Source of the DNA: Candidatus Bathyarchaeota archaeon
GTDB lineage: Archaea; Thermoproteota; Bathyarchaeia; Bathyarchaeales; DTEX01
Direction: 5' to 3'
Assembly: GCA_963714275.1 (NCBI GenBank)
Contig: CAVQNT010000002.1
Span: forward strand, 928,001-992,000
Length of the DNA stretch: 64,000 bases
In this document: one piece after another, positions 10,000-20,644 of the stretch
How the letters are laid out: each line of letters begins with the position of its first letter
Position numbering within the stretch: position 1 is the first letter of the stretch
Notes under the pieces: model-generated
Told to the model about the DNA's origin: nothing
The model's database searches: none
Seen by the model: only the letters and a program-made list of their open reading frames with translations
Translations under genes and position numbers: made by a program

Positions 10000-10334
10000 T
10001 GTTTCTTACCTCGCTTTCGAATTATAGTCCAATGTTTCGAACACAATGCTGGGCTTCCCGAATTGAACCTAATATAAATTCAGTCACTTGCGTAATCATC
10101 GCATTAAATGGCTAGAAGATCCTTTGCCCTTTCAAGGATGTCTTCAGATGGTTTTATCAGGGGAGTTATAGGCTCTTGAGGAGTCTCTATCATAGTGTCT
10201 TGTGTTGCTCGGGCTTGTTTAGAATCTTTAAGTCCATTCAGATAGAGATTAGCTCCAAGTTCTATTTCATCAATTTCTTCTCTTTTGCTGAACATTGTTT
10301 CTTACCTCGCTTTCTAATTATAGTTCTATGTTTA
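9995..10334. repeat. ~43-bp direct repeat of the start/RBS region (9995-10037 and 10291-10334)
   Basis: AACATTGTTTCTTACCTCGCTTTC.AATTATAGT occurs twice. Confidence 0.8.
10104..10295 (-). CDS. hypothetical protein
   Basis: shares the duplicated RBS (GAGGT) with the neighbouring gene. Confidence 0.5.
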   Translation of the reverse strand: MFSKREEIDEIELGANLYLNGLKDSKQARATQDTMIETPQEPITPLIKPSEDILERAKDLLAI

Positions 10335-10653
10335 CCAAAGAAGACTATTTTAAGGTTCTCTAACAAAAAAGGATAGTTTTTACCAATATTAAACAAAAGA
10401 AAACGTTTTTTACCACATAAAGAAAAACGATCATACTATTTCTAGTTAATGGAAAAAATAATCCAATTTGTCCAATTTTGGAAAAAATTTAAAACGATCA
10501 AAATCTAGTTTACCGCTAGCTTAGTTAGTGATGGAGACAGATCTTGTTTAGGCTGTCCTGAGACTGAAACAAAATAATCCAACTAGAATTTCTCCGCAAA
10601 TTAATGAAATGTTCTAAGGCCTATTTTATAAGCGACCGTGCACATAATTATAC

Positions 10654-10872
10654 ATGAAAGTGATTATTTTGAGTTTTGATTTGACTGGAATAGTTTATTC
10701 CATAAGTTATAGAGTTGTTAATAAACTTAGAAAGGCAGGAGCTGTTTCTAGAGATAAGGCGATGACACCTGAGACTGCCAATCTAAACTTGCAGGAAATC
10801 GATTGGCTACAGTATTTAGCTTGTGACGCTTCAACAATTAAAAAGACAAGAGACGGGCTATACTATATTTAG
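10654..10872 (+). CDS. hypothetical protein
   Basis: plausible small ORF (GAVSRDKAMTPE...KTRDGLYY). Confidence 0.5.
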   Translation: MKVIILSFDLTGIVYSISYRVVNKLRKAGAVSRDKAMTPETANLNLQEIDWLQYLACDASTIKKTRDGLYYI

Positions 10873-11336
10873 CTCGCGCTATCAGTTACACAACGGCTAG
10901 CTCAGCTAGTTATTCTAACTGTTAGCATAATTCCCCATTTTATTCTATTTCTCTATTTACCCATTTCTAATTTTAGTTTTTGAACTGAATGCATTGATAT
11001 TGCACACACAGTTCATTGACGTTTTCAATAACGTTCTTTCAATGCAGAACTCAACGAGTAAATCCTTTTACTCGAAGTTAGCTCAGCTAAAAAAGAGACC
11101 CAAGAAGCAAGGAAAAAATAAACGAAAATCCGATGATATCGATTCCGTACAGAAAAAACAAGAAACCTAACTCGCCATATGTATATCCCTTAAAAATAAG
11201 TTGGAAGCTTCTCAATAACCATTCAAATAAACCCACAAAAAATCCTAAACGAAAACGTGTATGCCTAAGCTTATTTCTGTAATAGTATTCAGCAAACCAC
11301 CAAATCCATCCGCATATTTGCCAAGAATTGCTTAAA

Positions 11337-11522
11337 CTATTGTCTCGTCATAACGACGACTTCTTTAAGGGTTTCCCTTTCTTGTTGCCATAGTTCCCTT
11401 TTTAACAGGTCTCGGACAGCGAATCGGATAGCCGCGCTCCTAGATGAGTATATGCCCTGCTCAATCAGCTCGTTCAGCCCCTCCAAGCAGGCTTCGGGCA
11501 GCAAGAACGTCACCAACTCCAA
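11337..11522 (-). CDS. CopG/RHH regulator
   Basis: LVTFLLPE...G.YSSRSAAIRFAVRDLL. Confidence 0.85.
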   Translation of the reverse strand: MELVTFLLPEACLEGLNELIEQGIYSSRSAAIRFAVRDLLKRELWQQERETLKEVVVMTRQ

Positions 11523-12066
11523 TTATAATCGCCTCCGTGTATGGGAAATCGATCGATCGCCATATGAAAACCTTTCAGGCTCCTAAAAAGGATGTTAAGT
11601 GTCAGCGATATCTCAGCATAATAGTATGCTTTCTGCGTAGGTTCGTACTGCTGCTAAAAGCTGGCTAGCTCACTAAAATTTTGGTACGAGAGATAGATCG
11701 ATCAGATAACGCTAGAAGTCATATTAGAAACTTAAAAGGCGAATACGATCCTATTCAAGCATCTTTTATCGACACTTAGGTATCCATATAGGTTGGTACC
11801 TAATCACTTTCAAAATTACCTCTCACCATTAAGGAAATAGCTGAGTACGTGAGTCACCTATCAGATAATAGAAACATTATATGCTTTTTGCCTGTTCGAT
11901 GACGACTACGTTGTGGATTTCCATTTTCGGAAAACATAAACCCGTTCTAGATTTAACTTGAAGATAATAACATCACAAATTGACACAAGGACACCGTTCC
12001 TTTTTCTTATCTAGAATTATATAATACTAATGATAAAAAGATTAATCTAAATTAAAGGTGAAAAAG

Positions 12067-12839
12067 GTGAAACATAGTATGTTGGGGGCTCAGTTGTATA
12101 CTGTAAGGAAATTTACCCAGACAATTCCAGATATAGCTGAAACTTTGAGGAAGATAGCGGATATTGGTTATAAAACAATTCAAATTAGTGCCTTAGGTCC
12201 AGTGGATCTAAAAAAGGTACTAAACTAGTTGAAGATAATAAACTATTAGTGGTAGGTACGCATACAGATTGGGATCGCCTTTTAAATAAACTTGACGATG
12301 TAATCGCTGAATATAAAATGTGGGGATGCTCTCACGCAGTTATAGGCGGACTTTTTGACCCTAAATACTGCAGTCTAAAAGGCCTCAAGCAATTCATGAG
12401 TGAACTGGGTCCTGTTTCTGAGAAACTGGCAAAAGAAGGCATCGATTTCTCTTACCACAATCACAATCACGAGTTGATGCGATACGGCAAAAAGACCTGG
12501 CTAGAAATGCTTTACGAACAGGTATCTCCTGAAGTGCTTAAGGCTGAGATTGACGTTTACTGGATTCAAGCTGGAGGTGGCGATCCAACGGTTTGGGTAA
12601 GGAAATGTGCGGGACGAGAACCTTTGTTGCATTTAAAGGACATGACAGTAGGACCAGGTAGACAGCAACGTTTTGCCGAGATAGGTGAAGGTAATATGAA
12701 TTGGCCAACAATTATACAGGCTGCGAAGGAAAGTGGCGTAGAATGGTATATAGTCGAACAGGATGAATGCTATGAACGAGATCCATTTGAGTCGCTGGCA
12801 ATTAGTTACCATAATCTTCAATCAATGGGCTTAAACTGA
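12067..12839 (+). CDS. sugar phosphate isomerase/epimerase (TIM barrel), frameshift near 12220
   Basis: GAQLYTVR, YHNHNHE, EIDVYW, LHLKD, IVEQD. Confidence 0.85.
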
Positions 12840-13050
12840 AACCATGATGACACTCACAATGCTACTGTAATCCATTTTTCACTGTTCACTCATCAGTTCC
12901 ACGGACAGAAGACGTTTTATAGGACGATTTATGTCTCATGGTTCTAATAGAGAAGTATGCAGAGAACGGCGTTTTATTTTTCCAGTCTAGCTCACTGCTG
13001 AGATTTTTAGGTGAAATCTCTTAAAGGGCAGAAATATAGCTGAACTAGAG

Positions 13051-13623
13051 GTGTTGAACTTGAAGAAAATCATAACTTCCTATCGTGTTATCTTTCCGAC
13101 ACCGGCAGCTCTGATAACTTCTGCTGATATTGATGGTAAACCAAATGTGGCGACAACTGGCGAAGTGTTTATGATCTCTCTTCGTCCATTGATAATTGCT
13201 GTGGGTTTTAGACGTGCTACATATACCAATGAATTGGTACATGCAACAAAAGAGTTTGTGGTCAATCTTCCCAGAAAAGAAATTTTAGGAGCAGTTGACT
13301 ATTGTGGGTGCGTCTCTGGACGAAACGTAGATAAATTTGGGATAACAGGACTCACGGCTTTACCAGCTAAACATGTTAAGCCTCCGCTCATAAAGGAGTG
13401 CCCTGTAAACATTGAATGTAAAGTTCGAGATGTGATAAATCTGGGATGCATGGATCGTGATATTTTTGCTGGCGATACTTTGGCAATTCATGTAGATGAA
13501 GAGATAATAGGTGAAGATGGTTTACCTGATCTGACAAAGTTCAGTGCAATAGCGTTTGCATCATCAAAATATTATCAGGTCGCACAGTTCCTAGAACATG
13601 TTGGATTCAGCATTAAAAAATAG
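13051..13623 (+). CDS. flavin reductase family protein
   Basis: FPTPAALITS..G.PN, EFVVN, SGRNVDKF, PPLIKECPVNIEC. Confidence 0.9.
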   Translation: MLNLKKIITSYRVIFPTPAALITSADIDGKPNVATTGEVFMISLRPLIIAVGFRRATYTNELVHATKEFVVNLPRKEILGAVDYCGCVSGRNVDKFGITGLTALPAKHVKPPLIKECPVNIECKVRDVINLGCMDRDIFAGDTLAIHVDEEIIGEDGLPDLTKFSAIAFASSKYYQVAQFLEHVGFSIKK

Positions 13624-13771
13624 GGGATACGTAGGGCATCCATTTTTATATGAAAGACTTATGTGGTCATTCATTTTACTCATAGAAAAGTATATTTTAT
13701 GTTGATTTTTTGTGAATTGAAATTGGTAACTTTTTAATACTTTTTGTCACTTTTTGTTACTGGTGTTAATT

Positions 13772-13918
13772 ATGGAACAGTTTGTTGTGAGGGTTTTTCA
13801 AGGTGGAAAGGTTACTATTCCTAAGCGTTTGAGGGAGTTGTTTGAAGTTGAGGATGGGGATTATGTTAGGCTTACGTTGGTTGAGGTTATTAAGCCAAGG
13901 GTGAAGGGGAAGGCTTAA
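13772..13918 (+). CDS. AbrB/MazE-like protein (48 aa)
   Basis: manual translation MEQFVVRVFQGGKVTIPKRLRELFEVEDGDYVRL. Confidence 0.8.
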   Translation: MEQFVVRVFQGGKVTIPKRLRELFEVEDGDYVRLTLVEVIKPRVKGKA

Positions 13919-14004
13919 ACATTTTATATGCTGTCCCCCTCCCTTGTTTTTCACATATGTTTTAAAAGGTAATTTGTGTGATTCTGGATTTTTGAGGTTC
14001 CTGA

Positions 14005-14565
14005 TTGAGCGCTTTGAAGCATGGTTTATTCAGAATTGGGTTTATGCTTTGTGATCGTTGCGTTTTAAATGGTGAATGCGAGAAGTTTCAGCCTAAAGCT
14101 CAGTGTTTGTTTGAGAAAGAGCTTTTATAAAGGTTGTTTCTGAGCTGACAGAAGAGTTTGAGCTTGAAAGCATAGACTGACAGAATTCTGTTAGAAAGGG
14201 TTGCGATGTACCTGATTCGCATTGCTAGAGCTGAAGTTTATGAAGCTTCCGTAGGAGTCAGTGAAAAATCTGTTATTTGGGGAGCCTACATTGGTCGCCT
14301 AGATAACACATTAATGAGCATTCTTAACGATTTGGCCTTAACAAGAAGCAAACGCAAACAGCTAGACAAAAATGATGCTTTACTTGTAAGCGTAGATGAA
14401 GTGCTCAAAAAGTTTGCGAAAGCTGAGGGTCAAACGAAAAAGCGTGAGGGGGTTGCTGAAAAAAGGCGGGTTGATTTGGCTTCAAGAAAGGCTTTGCTGT
14501 CAAGCTGGAGAGTGGAGTGTAGGAAGCTTCGGTTAATTGTTCGCAGGGGAGAAAGAGTTGGTTAA
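14005..14565 (+). CDS. Cys-containing protein resembling a terminase small subunit (frameshifted)
   Basis: ALKHGL, CxxC motif and LNDLALTRSKR. Confidence 0.4.
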
Positions 14566-15252
14566 AAAAAGTAGGAGAAAAATTCCTAGAAATGCGTTAG
14601 AGCCGTTGATGCAAACATGCGAATGGATAAGTTGGGAGACGAAAAAGAAGCCTTCCGAGATTTTCAAGTATTTTCTGAGCCTGATGAGTAAATATGAGGA
14701 TTATTTTTACAGTCAGCCTTGGCCAAAAAATTATGACCATGAGAAAGCTACTAGTTTTACTGATGAAGACTTGGACTTTTTAGAAACTGAAAATGACTTC
14801 GACGAGAGACTTACAACTGTTGCCCTCAAAAAAAACATATATTTTCAGGGGTTTATGGGATACTTCGGCATGGTCTGGACGCGGAAGGCTTTTCATAAAC
14901 AGTTTATTAGGCCTCTTTATAAGCCTATTTTGGAAGCTTTCGAAAGCCGTATGCAAGAAAGTAATGATGCCCAGACTGTTGTGAACAAATTAAAAGAGGA
15001 CTATAGTATTCAGTTGATTCACGACAGTCTTAGTTGATCTATTTGATTATGAGTATCCAGACACGCCTAAGAGAAAGTTGATTAACGAAATATGTGAATA
15101 CCTACATACAGTTGAAGGACTACCATCATGCAGAGACGCTACATGCAAATGGTACTATAAACAAAAGTATCCGCAGACAAAAACCAATAATGGATAAACA
15201 AATTGAGGCTATATCTAAGGTCGTGCCCAGGCCTGTCTTCAACGAACGATAA
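14537..15252 (+). CDS. hypothetical protein (frameshift near 15035)
   Basis: homology continues past the stop when compared with the copy at 48300-48540. Confidence 0.55.
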
Positions 15253-16189
15253 TAGATTATCTGGCTTATTTGAGATTCTAAGAATCTTTGACAATCTAGC
15301 TCACTCTTTAGTTTATGAGAGGCTACTTTGAGGTCTGCAATGTTCTATAAGAATATTACATGTTATTTTAATTATTGATCTGAACTTTAATCTGAAGCCA
15401 AATAGGTGTCTCTTTATAATTGGATTTATCTTCGACATCAAAAGAAGAGGAGGAAGACAAAGGGTTCTTTTAGGAAGTTGAGAAAGTGAGACTTTTACCC
15501 AGAATAACTAATTAACTAAAATATGTCTAGTATTTAGTTATATAATTTTGTTTCACAACACTTTTACTAATAAAAAAATATATAAAAAAAGATTTAAAAT
15601 GACTGAAAAGCCAGAAAAACAAGCCAGATACGAGACGGATCATCATAAGCGAGAGCTAATTTCTCTTATTGAAAAGCTTAACAAGAAAGCTGAACTCCAA
15701 CAAATAACAAAGAAAAATGACCTGTCAGAAGAGGAACATATTAGCTCACTAAGTTTTTTATTTCTTTCTCGTGTTCTTCAGCTATTTTGCAAGCTTCCTT
15801 GTATTCAGCACAGAGCTTATCAGTTTTTCCTCTTTCAAGAATAACTTTAGGCTTGTCTTTCCCATTTTTACTACTTATCCTTAATGTCACCATCCCTTCT
15901 TTCATCCGATAAACTCCGTACCGTATACATTCGTATTGACTGAACAGCAACTTTGTTATTGTCTTCCATCTGAGATAACGGTTAAAGCTAACTCACTAAT
16001 TCCCACTGGTAGCATCCAGCACAATTAAGTGGTATATCTTGTGAAGTCAGCTTATCTCTAAGGAACATGTCTCCATAAGCTTTGCCATACAGTTTCCCTG
16101 TCTTCTCGTAATAATCCCATTTCACATCAACTTCCTTAACTAGGAAGTAAGTTGTGAGGTGCCACGAAAACTGCCTAACCTTATGTGTG

Positions 16190-16204
16190 AATTAAAATTT
16201 AATC
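16190..16204. repeat. palindromic site AATTAAAATTTAATC
   Basis: flanked by TGTGTG and CCAAACCC, the same flank types as the Cas1 element target. Confidence 0.75.
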
Positions 16205-16246
16205 CCAAACCCAAAAAATAACTAACTAACGCGCGTTCTGTTTATT

Positions 16247-17128
16247 TCATGGGGGAGTCACGGTTACACTGAATGTCCAGATACCAATAGAATTTCTAAA
16301 CCAATAAGCATCAACGTTGACAACACCAAGTTCAAAAACAAAATATCCATCTTTTGGAATTGTAAACCTCGGCGGATCATCCAAGCTGATTTGTTCACAT
16401 GCGATATCACCTAGTTCGCTACCATTATTCAAAAATACGTAATTGTATCTCAGATACCATCCTTCTGTTACATCAGAAGGATAATCAAGAAGTCTCAAAA
16501 CAACAACATCTCCCTTTCTCAATTGGATACTTTGATTGAGGCTGTCAATTATGTGCATAGCGCTCCCTCGTATGTACCACTCATTTTGAAATTTGGCAAG
16601 CGCGTTTGCTTCAATTGGGGGATTGTATTCAATTTCTATTTTGAAGGTCTGTTTCAGTTTACCAAGTTTCTGAAAGTGGTCAAGAATCCTCGAATCGTTT
16701 CTAGGGTCTACGCCCTTAAAAAAATCTGAGGAAGGATACCCTTTTTCCAGCTTTATTGTACTGTCAGTTGTATTGACAAAAGTTTCTATAACTATTCCAT
16801 GATATGAAACAGATGAAATTGGAGTCCAAAAGGATCCATTATAAATCTCTTGGTTGCCTATTTTCAAAACAAAAGGCTCCCCATGGATTACACTTTCCAC
16901 TTTCAATGCTTGTATTTTCTTGACTCCTTCTTCAGTGAGTTTGATTTCGTGACTGCTTTTGTTATACCACACGATTTCGTCATCGGATATTACTAGTTCA
17001 TTGTTCTTCAGAAGGTAAATCCCAAATCCCTCACTCGAGAATCTGAGTTGATTAGTTAGGTAGAATCCTCCAGCGACTACAAGAACTGCAACTATTAGAA
17101 TGACCAATGAGATTTTGATTGTTTCCAT
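16247..17128 (-). CDS. exported hypothetical protein
   Basis: N-terminal TM helix; 293 aa. Confidence 0.7.
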   Translation of the reverse strand: METIKISLVILIVAVLVVAGGFYLTNQLRFSSEGFGIYLLKNNELVISDDEIVWYNKSSHEIKLTEEGVKKIQALKVESVIHGEPFVLKIGNQEIYNGSFWTPISSVSYHGIVIETFVNTTDSTIKLEKGYPSSDFFKGVDPRNDSRILDHFQKLGKLKQTFKIEIEYNPPIEANALAKFQNEWYIRGSAMHIIDSLNQSIQLRKGDVVVLRLLDYPSDVTEGWYLRYNYVFLNNGSELGDIACEQISLDDPPRFTIPKDGYFVFELGVVNVDAYWFRNSIGIWTFSVTVTPP

Positions 17129-17499
17129 AATAGAGCTGCTCCTAAACCTTCTCTTATCTGTTTGGATTTAATTATTAAATTCAAGATAAAGGTGAAGTAG
17201 TAGAGTTGATTTTCAAGTTATAATTGCGATAGAATATGTCCTGCTGGCGCCATCAAACACCAGTCTAAGAAAAAAAACTCGAAATAATCAGAAATCTGCG
17301 AAAGAAATAGCAGAATGCGCGTTTGATTGACTGTTCGACCATTTGAGTGATTGATTGAGATTGATAGATAGAGATTGATAGAGAAAGAGAGAGAGTATAT
17401 ATAAGTGAGAAAGGTTGGGTTGGGATTAAAATTATCTTCGAATATAGTTTTATACAGTTTGTAGATTCCAATAGATAAAGGAGAAATCAGCTATCAGAA

Positions 17500-18171
17500 G
17501 TGGTTCAGATGAACATTGACGTTTTTCGGGATAAACTTAGCTCTCAATTAGGAGAAAACCTCAAATGTTTAGTTCATATGGGTAGTCGTGTTAGAGGAGA
17601 GGCAAGGGTTGACAGCGACTACGACTTCGCATTGATCGTTCACAACATAAACAGAAAAGTCTTGGATGAAATTAGAAATGTCTTCTCAGATTACCAAAAT
17701 GTTTCAGTCTATATTCTCGAAGAACAGGAATTAAGGCGTCTCCCAAAAGCCTTGTGCGCCACAAATTTGCAGTTTATCTACTCTAGGGTGGTCTATGGTG
17801 AATGCTATTTCCCAAAGCCGAGTACGGAGGACATCGACACCTACATTGGCATCATGAGGAGCGACGAGATTTTCGCTATTCGACATTATCTTACTCTCTC
17901 TCACGATTTGAGTAGATTAGTTGAAATAATTGGAATGCGACTAAAGATGGTGTACTTCTGTCTAACATATCTCATCTACAAGGAGACAGGCGTTCTCTCA
18001 AGAACAAGACTCGAGGCGATGGACTACCTTAAGAAGAAAAGCTCCCAGAGACTCGGGGTTGCTCTTCTTGAGATTTTGGAGAATTGGCAATCTATAGAAA
18101 CTTCGGCAGCTGAGAGAGTACGCGAGTATCTTCACATGTTGGAGGAGTTCTGGCGTACCCTTGAAGCATAG
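17500..18171 (+). CDS. minimal nucleotidyltransferase (MNT)-domain protein
   Basis: MGSRVRGEARVDSDYD (GS...DxD). Confidence 0.8.
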   Translation: MVQMNIDVFRDKLSSQLGENLKCLVHMGSRVRGEARVDSDYDFALIVHNINRKVLDEIRNVFSDYQNVSVYILEEQELRRLPKALCATNLQFIYSRVVYGECYFPKPSTEDIDTYIGIMRSDEIFAIRHYLTLSHDLSRLVEIIGMRLKMVYFCLTYLIYKETGVLSRTRLEAMDYLKKKSSQRLGVALLEILENWQSIETSAAERVREYLHMLEEFWRTLEA

Positions 18172-18292
18172 AATCTGGAGGAAAAAACATAGGGCTAGCT
18201 AGATGTGTTTGTTTATTTGTTTTTGTTTGTTTAGCCTTGTATTGGTAAGTATGAGTATTGGAGTATAGGGGCGTAAGTAAGTTTGGGTTTGG

Positions 18293-18400
18293 GATTAAAA
18301 TTTAATCTTTTTCTCTCTCTCTCTCTTATTTTATTTCTTATCCACGTTACAATGTATCCCATGTATCGTGTGTATCGTATATCACACAAAAAAACTAGAA
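18293..18400 (+). repeat. palindromic site GATTAAAATTTAATC followed by a TIR/leader-like end
   Basis: same TTGGGTTTGG-site-TTTTTCT architecture as 3091-3125. Confidence 0.85.
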
Positions 18401-18423
18401 AAAAATACGAGGGAAGCCTAGGG

Positions 18424-18690
18424 TTACTTCACCAATCCTTCGCCACGCATCTTAACCCAAAATTTATCTGCTTTGTGTCTAATATTCACTGGTCTGCAAA
18501 CAATACCCTTTTCCTTCAAAAACTGAAGGGCTTTTCTCCCAAGACCCTTTCTTTGAGGAGAAGAATGCATACCAAGTATCTTCAATCCGTCTTCATCCTC
18601 CCGAAGTGCAATTCGGACTTTCCCTTCAGTGAACTTGAAGTCAATGGTACAAGAGACTACGGGTTCAACGCGCGCTTTCATGGTAACCAC
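18424..18690 (-). CDS. GNAT-like small protein
   Basis: PQRKGLGRKAL acetyl-CoA-binding motif; A.KFW.K. Confidence 0.55.
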   Translation of the reverse strand: MVTMKARVEPVVSCTIDFKFTEGKVRIALREDEDGLKILGMHSSPQRKGLGRKALQFLKEKGIVCRPVNIRHKADKFWVKMRGEGLVK

Positions 18691-18708
18691 ATTATCAATA
18701 TTGTTAGG

Positions 18709-19050
18709 TTAGGCTATTATCCTTTCCACTTCAAAACATAATAGAATGTCACCAAGAAAACTGACAGAAGCTATTGATGCTGAAAGAATTGATATTATAA
18801 CACCAAATAATTCGAGATGTTGCGGGTCATACTCTTCTATAGCCACAATAATTATTCCTAAAAGAATAAAGATCTCGGCAATCACGCCAAGAGAAATTCC
18901 AACCTTGTATCCTCTGTTACGATCTACCATTTTTTCGCACACCTTACTATCGAATAGAACCAGCGATATAAAAAATTTACGTGAGGGGAAGTACAACTTG
19001 AATATGTCTCTCAAAACTTTTAGAATTTGCGGTGTTTCCAATGCCTTCAA
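18709..19050 (-). CDS. small membrane protein
   Basis: two TM helices. Confidence 0.45.
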   Translation of the reverse strand: MKALETPQILKVLRDIFKLYFPSRKFFISLVLFDSKVCEKMVDRNRGYKVGISLGVIAEIFILLGIIIVAIEEYDPQHLELFGVIISILSASIASVSFLGDILLCFEVERIIA

Positions 19051-19159
19051 TATCTACTATCTATCTGATGACGAGATTTTTCGTTTACACAATGGTCCTT
19101 GATCTATTGAACAAGCACAACCAATAACTATGGAAGCATATTCTTCTCTCTTGCAGAAT

Positions 19160-19375
19160 TCATTGTTCAGGCTTCCGAATGAACCTTCCCGACTTTTTGT
19201 CTCTGTATCTTATCTGAAATTTACCGTGAACCGTAACCCGTTCAATCCGCCACGTCTGAGCTTCTTGCTCAGCAAACTTCAAACGAGCCTGACGTTCAGT
19301 GTATACGCATAAGAACTTTTTCGGGAACAGGAATGCCGATTTTTTCAGCCTTACTTTCAAAGCCAAATTTTCCAT
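19160..19375 (-). pseudogene. homolog of the element gene 5008..5361 (probably partial)
   Basis: AQTWRIERVTVHGKFQIRYRDKKSGRFIRKPE versus ARTWRFEKVTVKGKSQPRYRDLETGRFIKKPE. Confidence 0.75.
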
Positions 19376-19498
19376 AATAGCGTCACTTGCTTTCTTTTAT
19401 TAGTCTTTTACTGGAAGTCCGCGGATTTCATTGAATATTTAGAAGATATCCAAAACGGAGAAAAACAGGTCTGTTAAGTAAATCGTGCGCGCTTCTCT

Positions 19499-20584
19499 TT
19501 AAGGAAACTTTTTTCTCCTCTTTCTTAATATGAACAGAGCAGTCTTTGAGACGTATCCGTAAAGAATTGCTATTATTAGAATAGCGGAGAACGCGACAAA
19601 GGTTGTTGAAGAACTCTGAAGCCATGGGTATCCACTTGCGATACCTATAAAATGGCTAATCTGACCGTGCAGGACGAGGCTCAGCAAGATTAAAATGGCT
19701 CCTTCAATGGGATACTGAAGGATTTCAAGCTTCGGCTTTTCTTCGAGCAGAATTTTCTCGATAACGCTTATAACCGAGAGTAATCCCGCTCCGATCAAGA
19801 GCATAAAGGTTAAGGTCTCCGCAAAGGTCGCTCTGGCTTGAAGCACTGCAGGCACTTGGATAGTAGAGGTGAAGGATATAGCGAACAGAAATAGTGTTAG
19901 GCACACCGTGAGTCGTTGTTCAAGTTTGTCCGGTTTGATCAAGGGCAAACTGCCCAGCAGAAAGAATGAAATGAAGAGCACTGACAAAATTAGTTGGCTT
20001 GAGAACCATCTTTGAAGAAACATTTTTGTGTTAAGTTGAACAGTTTGAAAACCTTCTTTCCAATATGGCGCTATGACATCAAACCTTTCTTCAGGCGTTC
20101 CAGTCCCTTTGTATTCATCCAAGCCGGGTATCAAGCATATTATGCCAACTTTTGTGTTGTTGTAATTGATTAGGTCAAGTGGAAGATTAACAATGAACGT
20201 GAAGTTCAGCATATATCCGTCCATTGGGTAGAATTCAGTGTTTCCCTTCGGGTGGAAAGTCATTGTCTTGATCCCCCTATAGGTGTGACCGATAGGGTCG
20301 ACGACCTGCATTTCGAGTTGGTTATACTCTTCTCCATATTCTTGCGTTTGCAGCACAGACACCCTTAGATTGGGTTCAGTCAAGTTATATGGCATGTTCA
20401 TGAACTCAATTTGGACTTCCGCCGTTATTTCCTGCATCTCCATCCGTCTCAGCAAAACCGTGAACGAGAAAAAGTGTCCTTCTTTCTGCTGAACAGGCTG
20501 GGAAACACAGTTTGAAGTGCCTACGACGAATGTTTCTACTAATATAAGTATTAAGGAAAAAATAACCGCATGTTTGGAATTCAT
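19499..20584 (-). CDS. membrane protein resembling a pentameric ligand-gated ion channel (Pro-loop)
   Basis: signal peptide, beta ectodomain with FYPMD, then TM bundle with EQRLTVCLTL...VP...TFAE. Confidence 0.5.
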   Translation of the reverse strand: MNSKHAVIFSLILILVETFVVGTSNCVSQPVQQKEGHFFSFTVLLRRMEMQEITAEVQIEFMNMPYNLTEPNLRVSVLQTQEYGEEYNQLEMQVVDPIGHTYRGIKTMTFHPKGNTEFYPMDGYMLNFTFIVNLPLDLINYNNTKVGIICLIPGLDEYKGTGTPEERFDVIAPYWKEGFQTVQLNTKMFLQRWFSSQLILSVLFISFFLLGSLPLIKPDKLEQRLTVCLTLFLFAISFTSTIQVPAVLQARATFAETLTFMLLIGAGLLSVISVIEKILLEEKPKLEILQYPIEGAILILLSLVLHGQISHFIGIASGYPWLQSSSTTFVAFSAILIIAILYGYVSKTALFILRKRRKKFP

Positions 20585-20644
20585 GTTAGATAGTTCAACG
20601 ATTAAACTTAAGTATTATTATAACGCGCGTTCTGTGTATGTTTT

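Larger units (their letters stand above)
13641..15175 (+). repeat. segment duplicated at 47817-48540, where the second copy has an internal deletion
   Basis: near-identical nucleotide sequence. Confidence 0.9.

Noticed and set aside
10890-10930. Integron attC sites (TAAC...GTTA)
   Set aside because: I found no long imperfect hairpin with R''/L''/L'/R' boxes, and there is no IntI or other tyrosine recombinase in the window.
18283-18741. ORFs 18283..18741, 3091..3282 and 2406..2672 as a protein family
   Set aside because: Their similarity comes from translating the non-coding site/TIR repeats; they are low complexity and two of them overlap better-supported genes.
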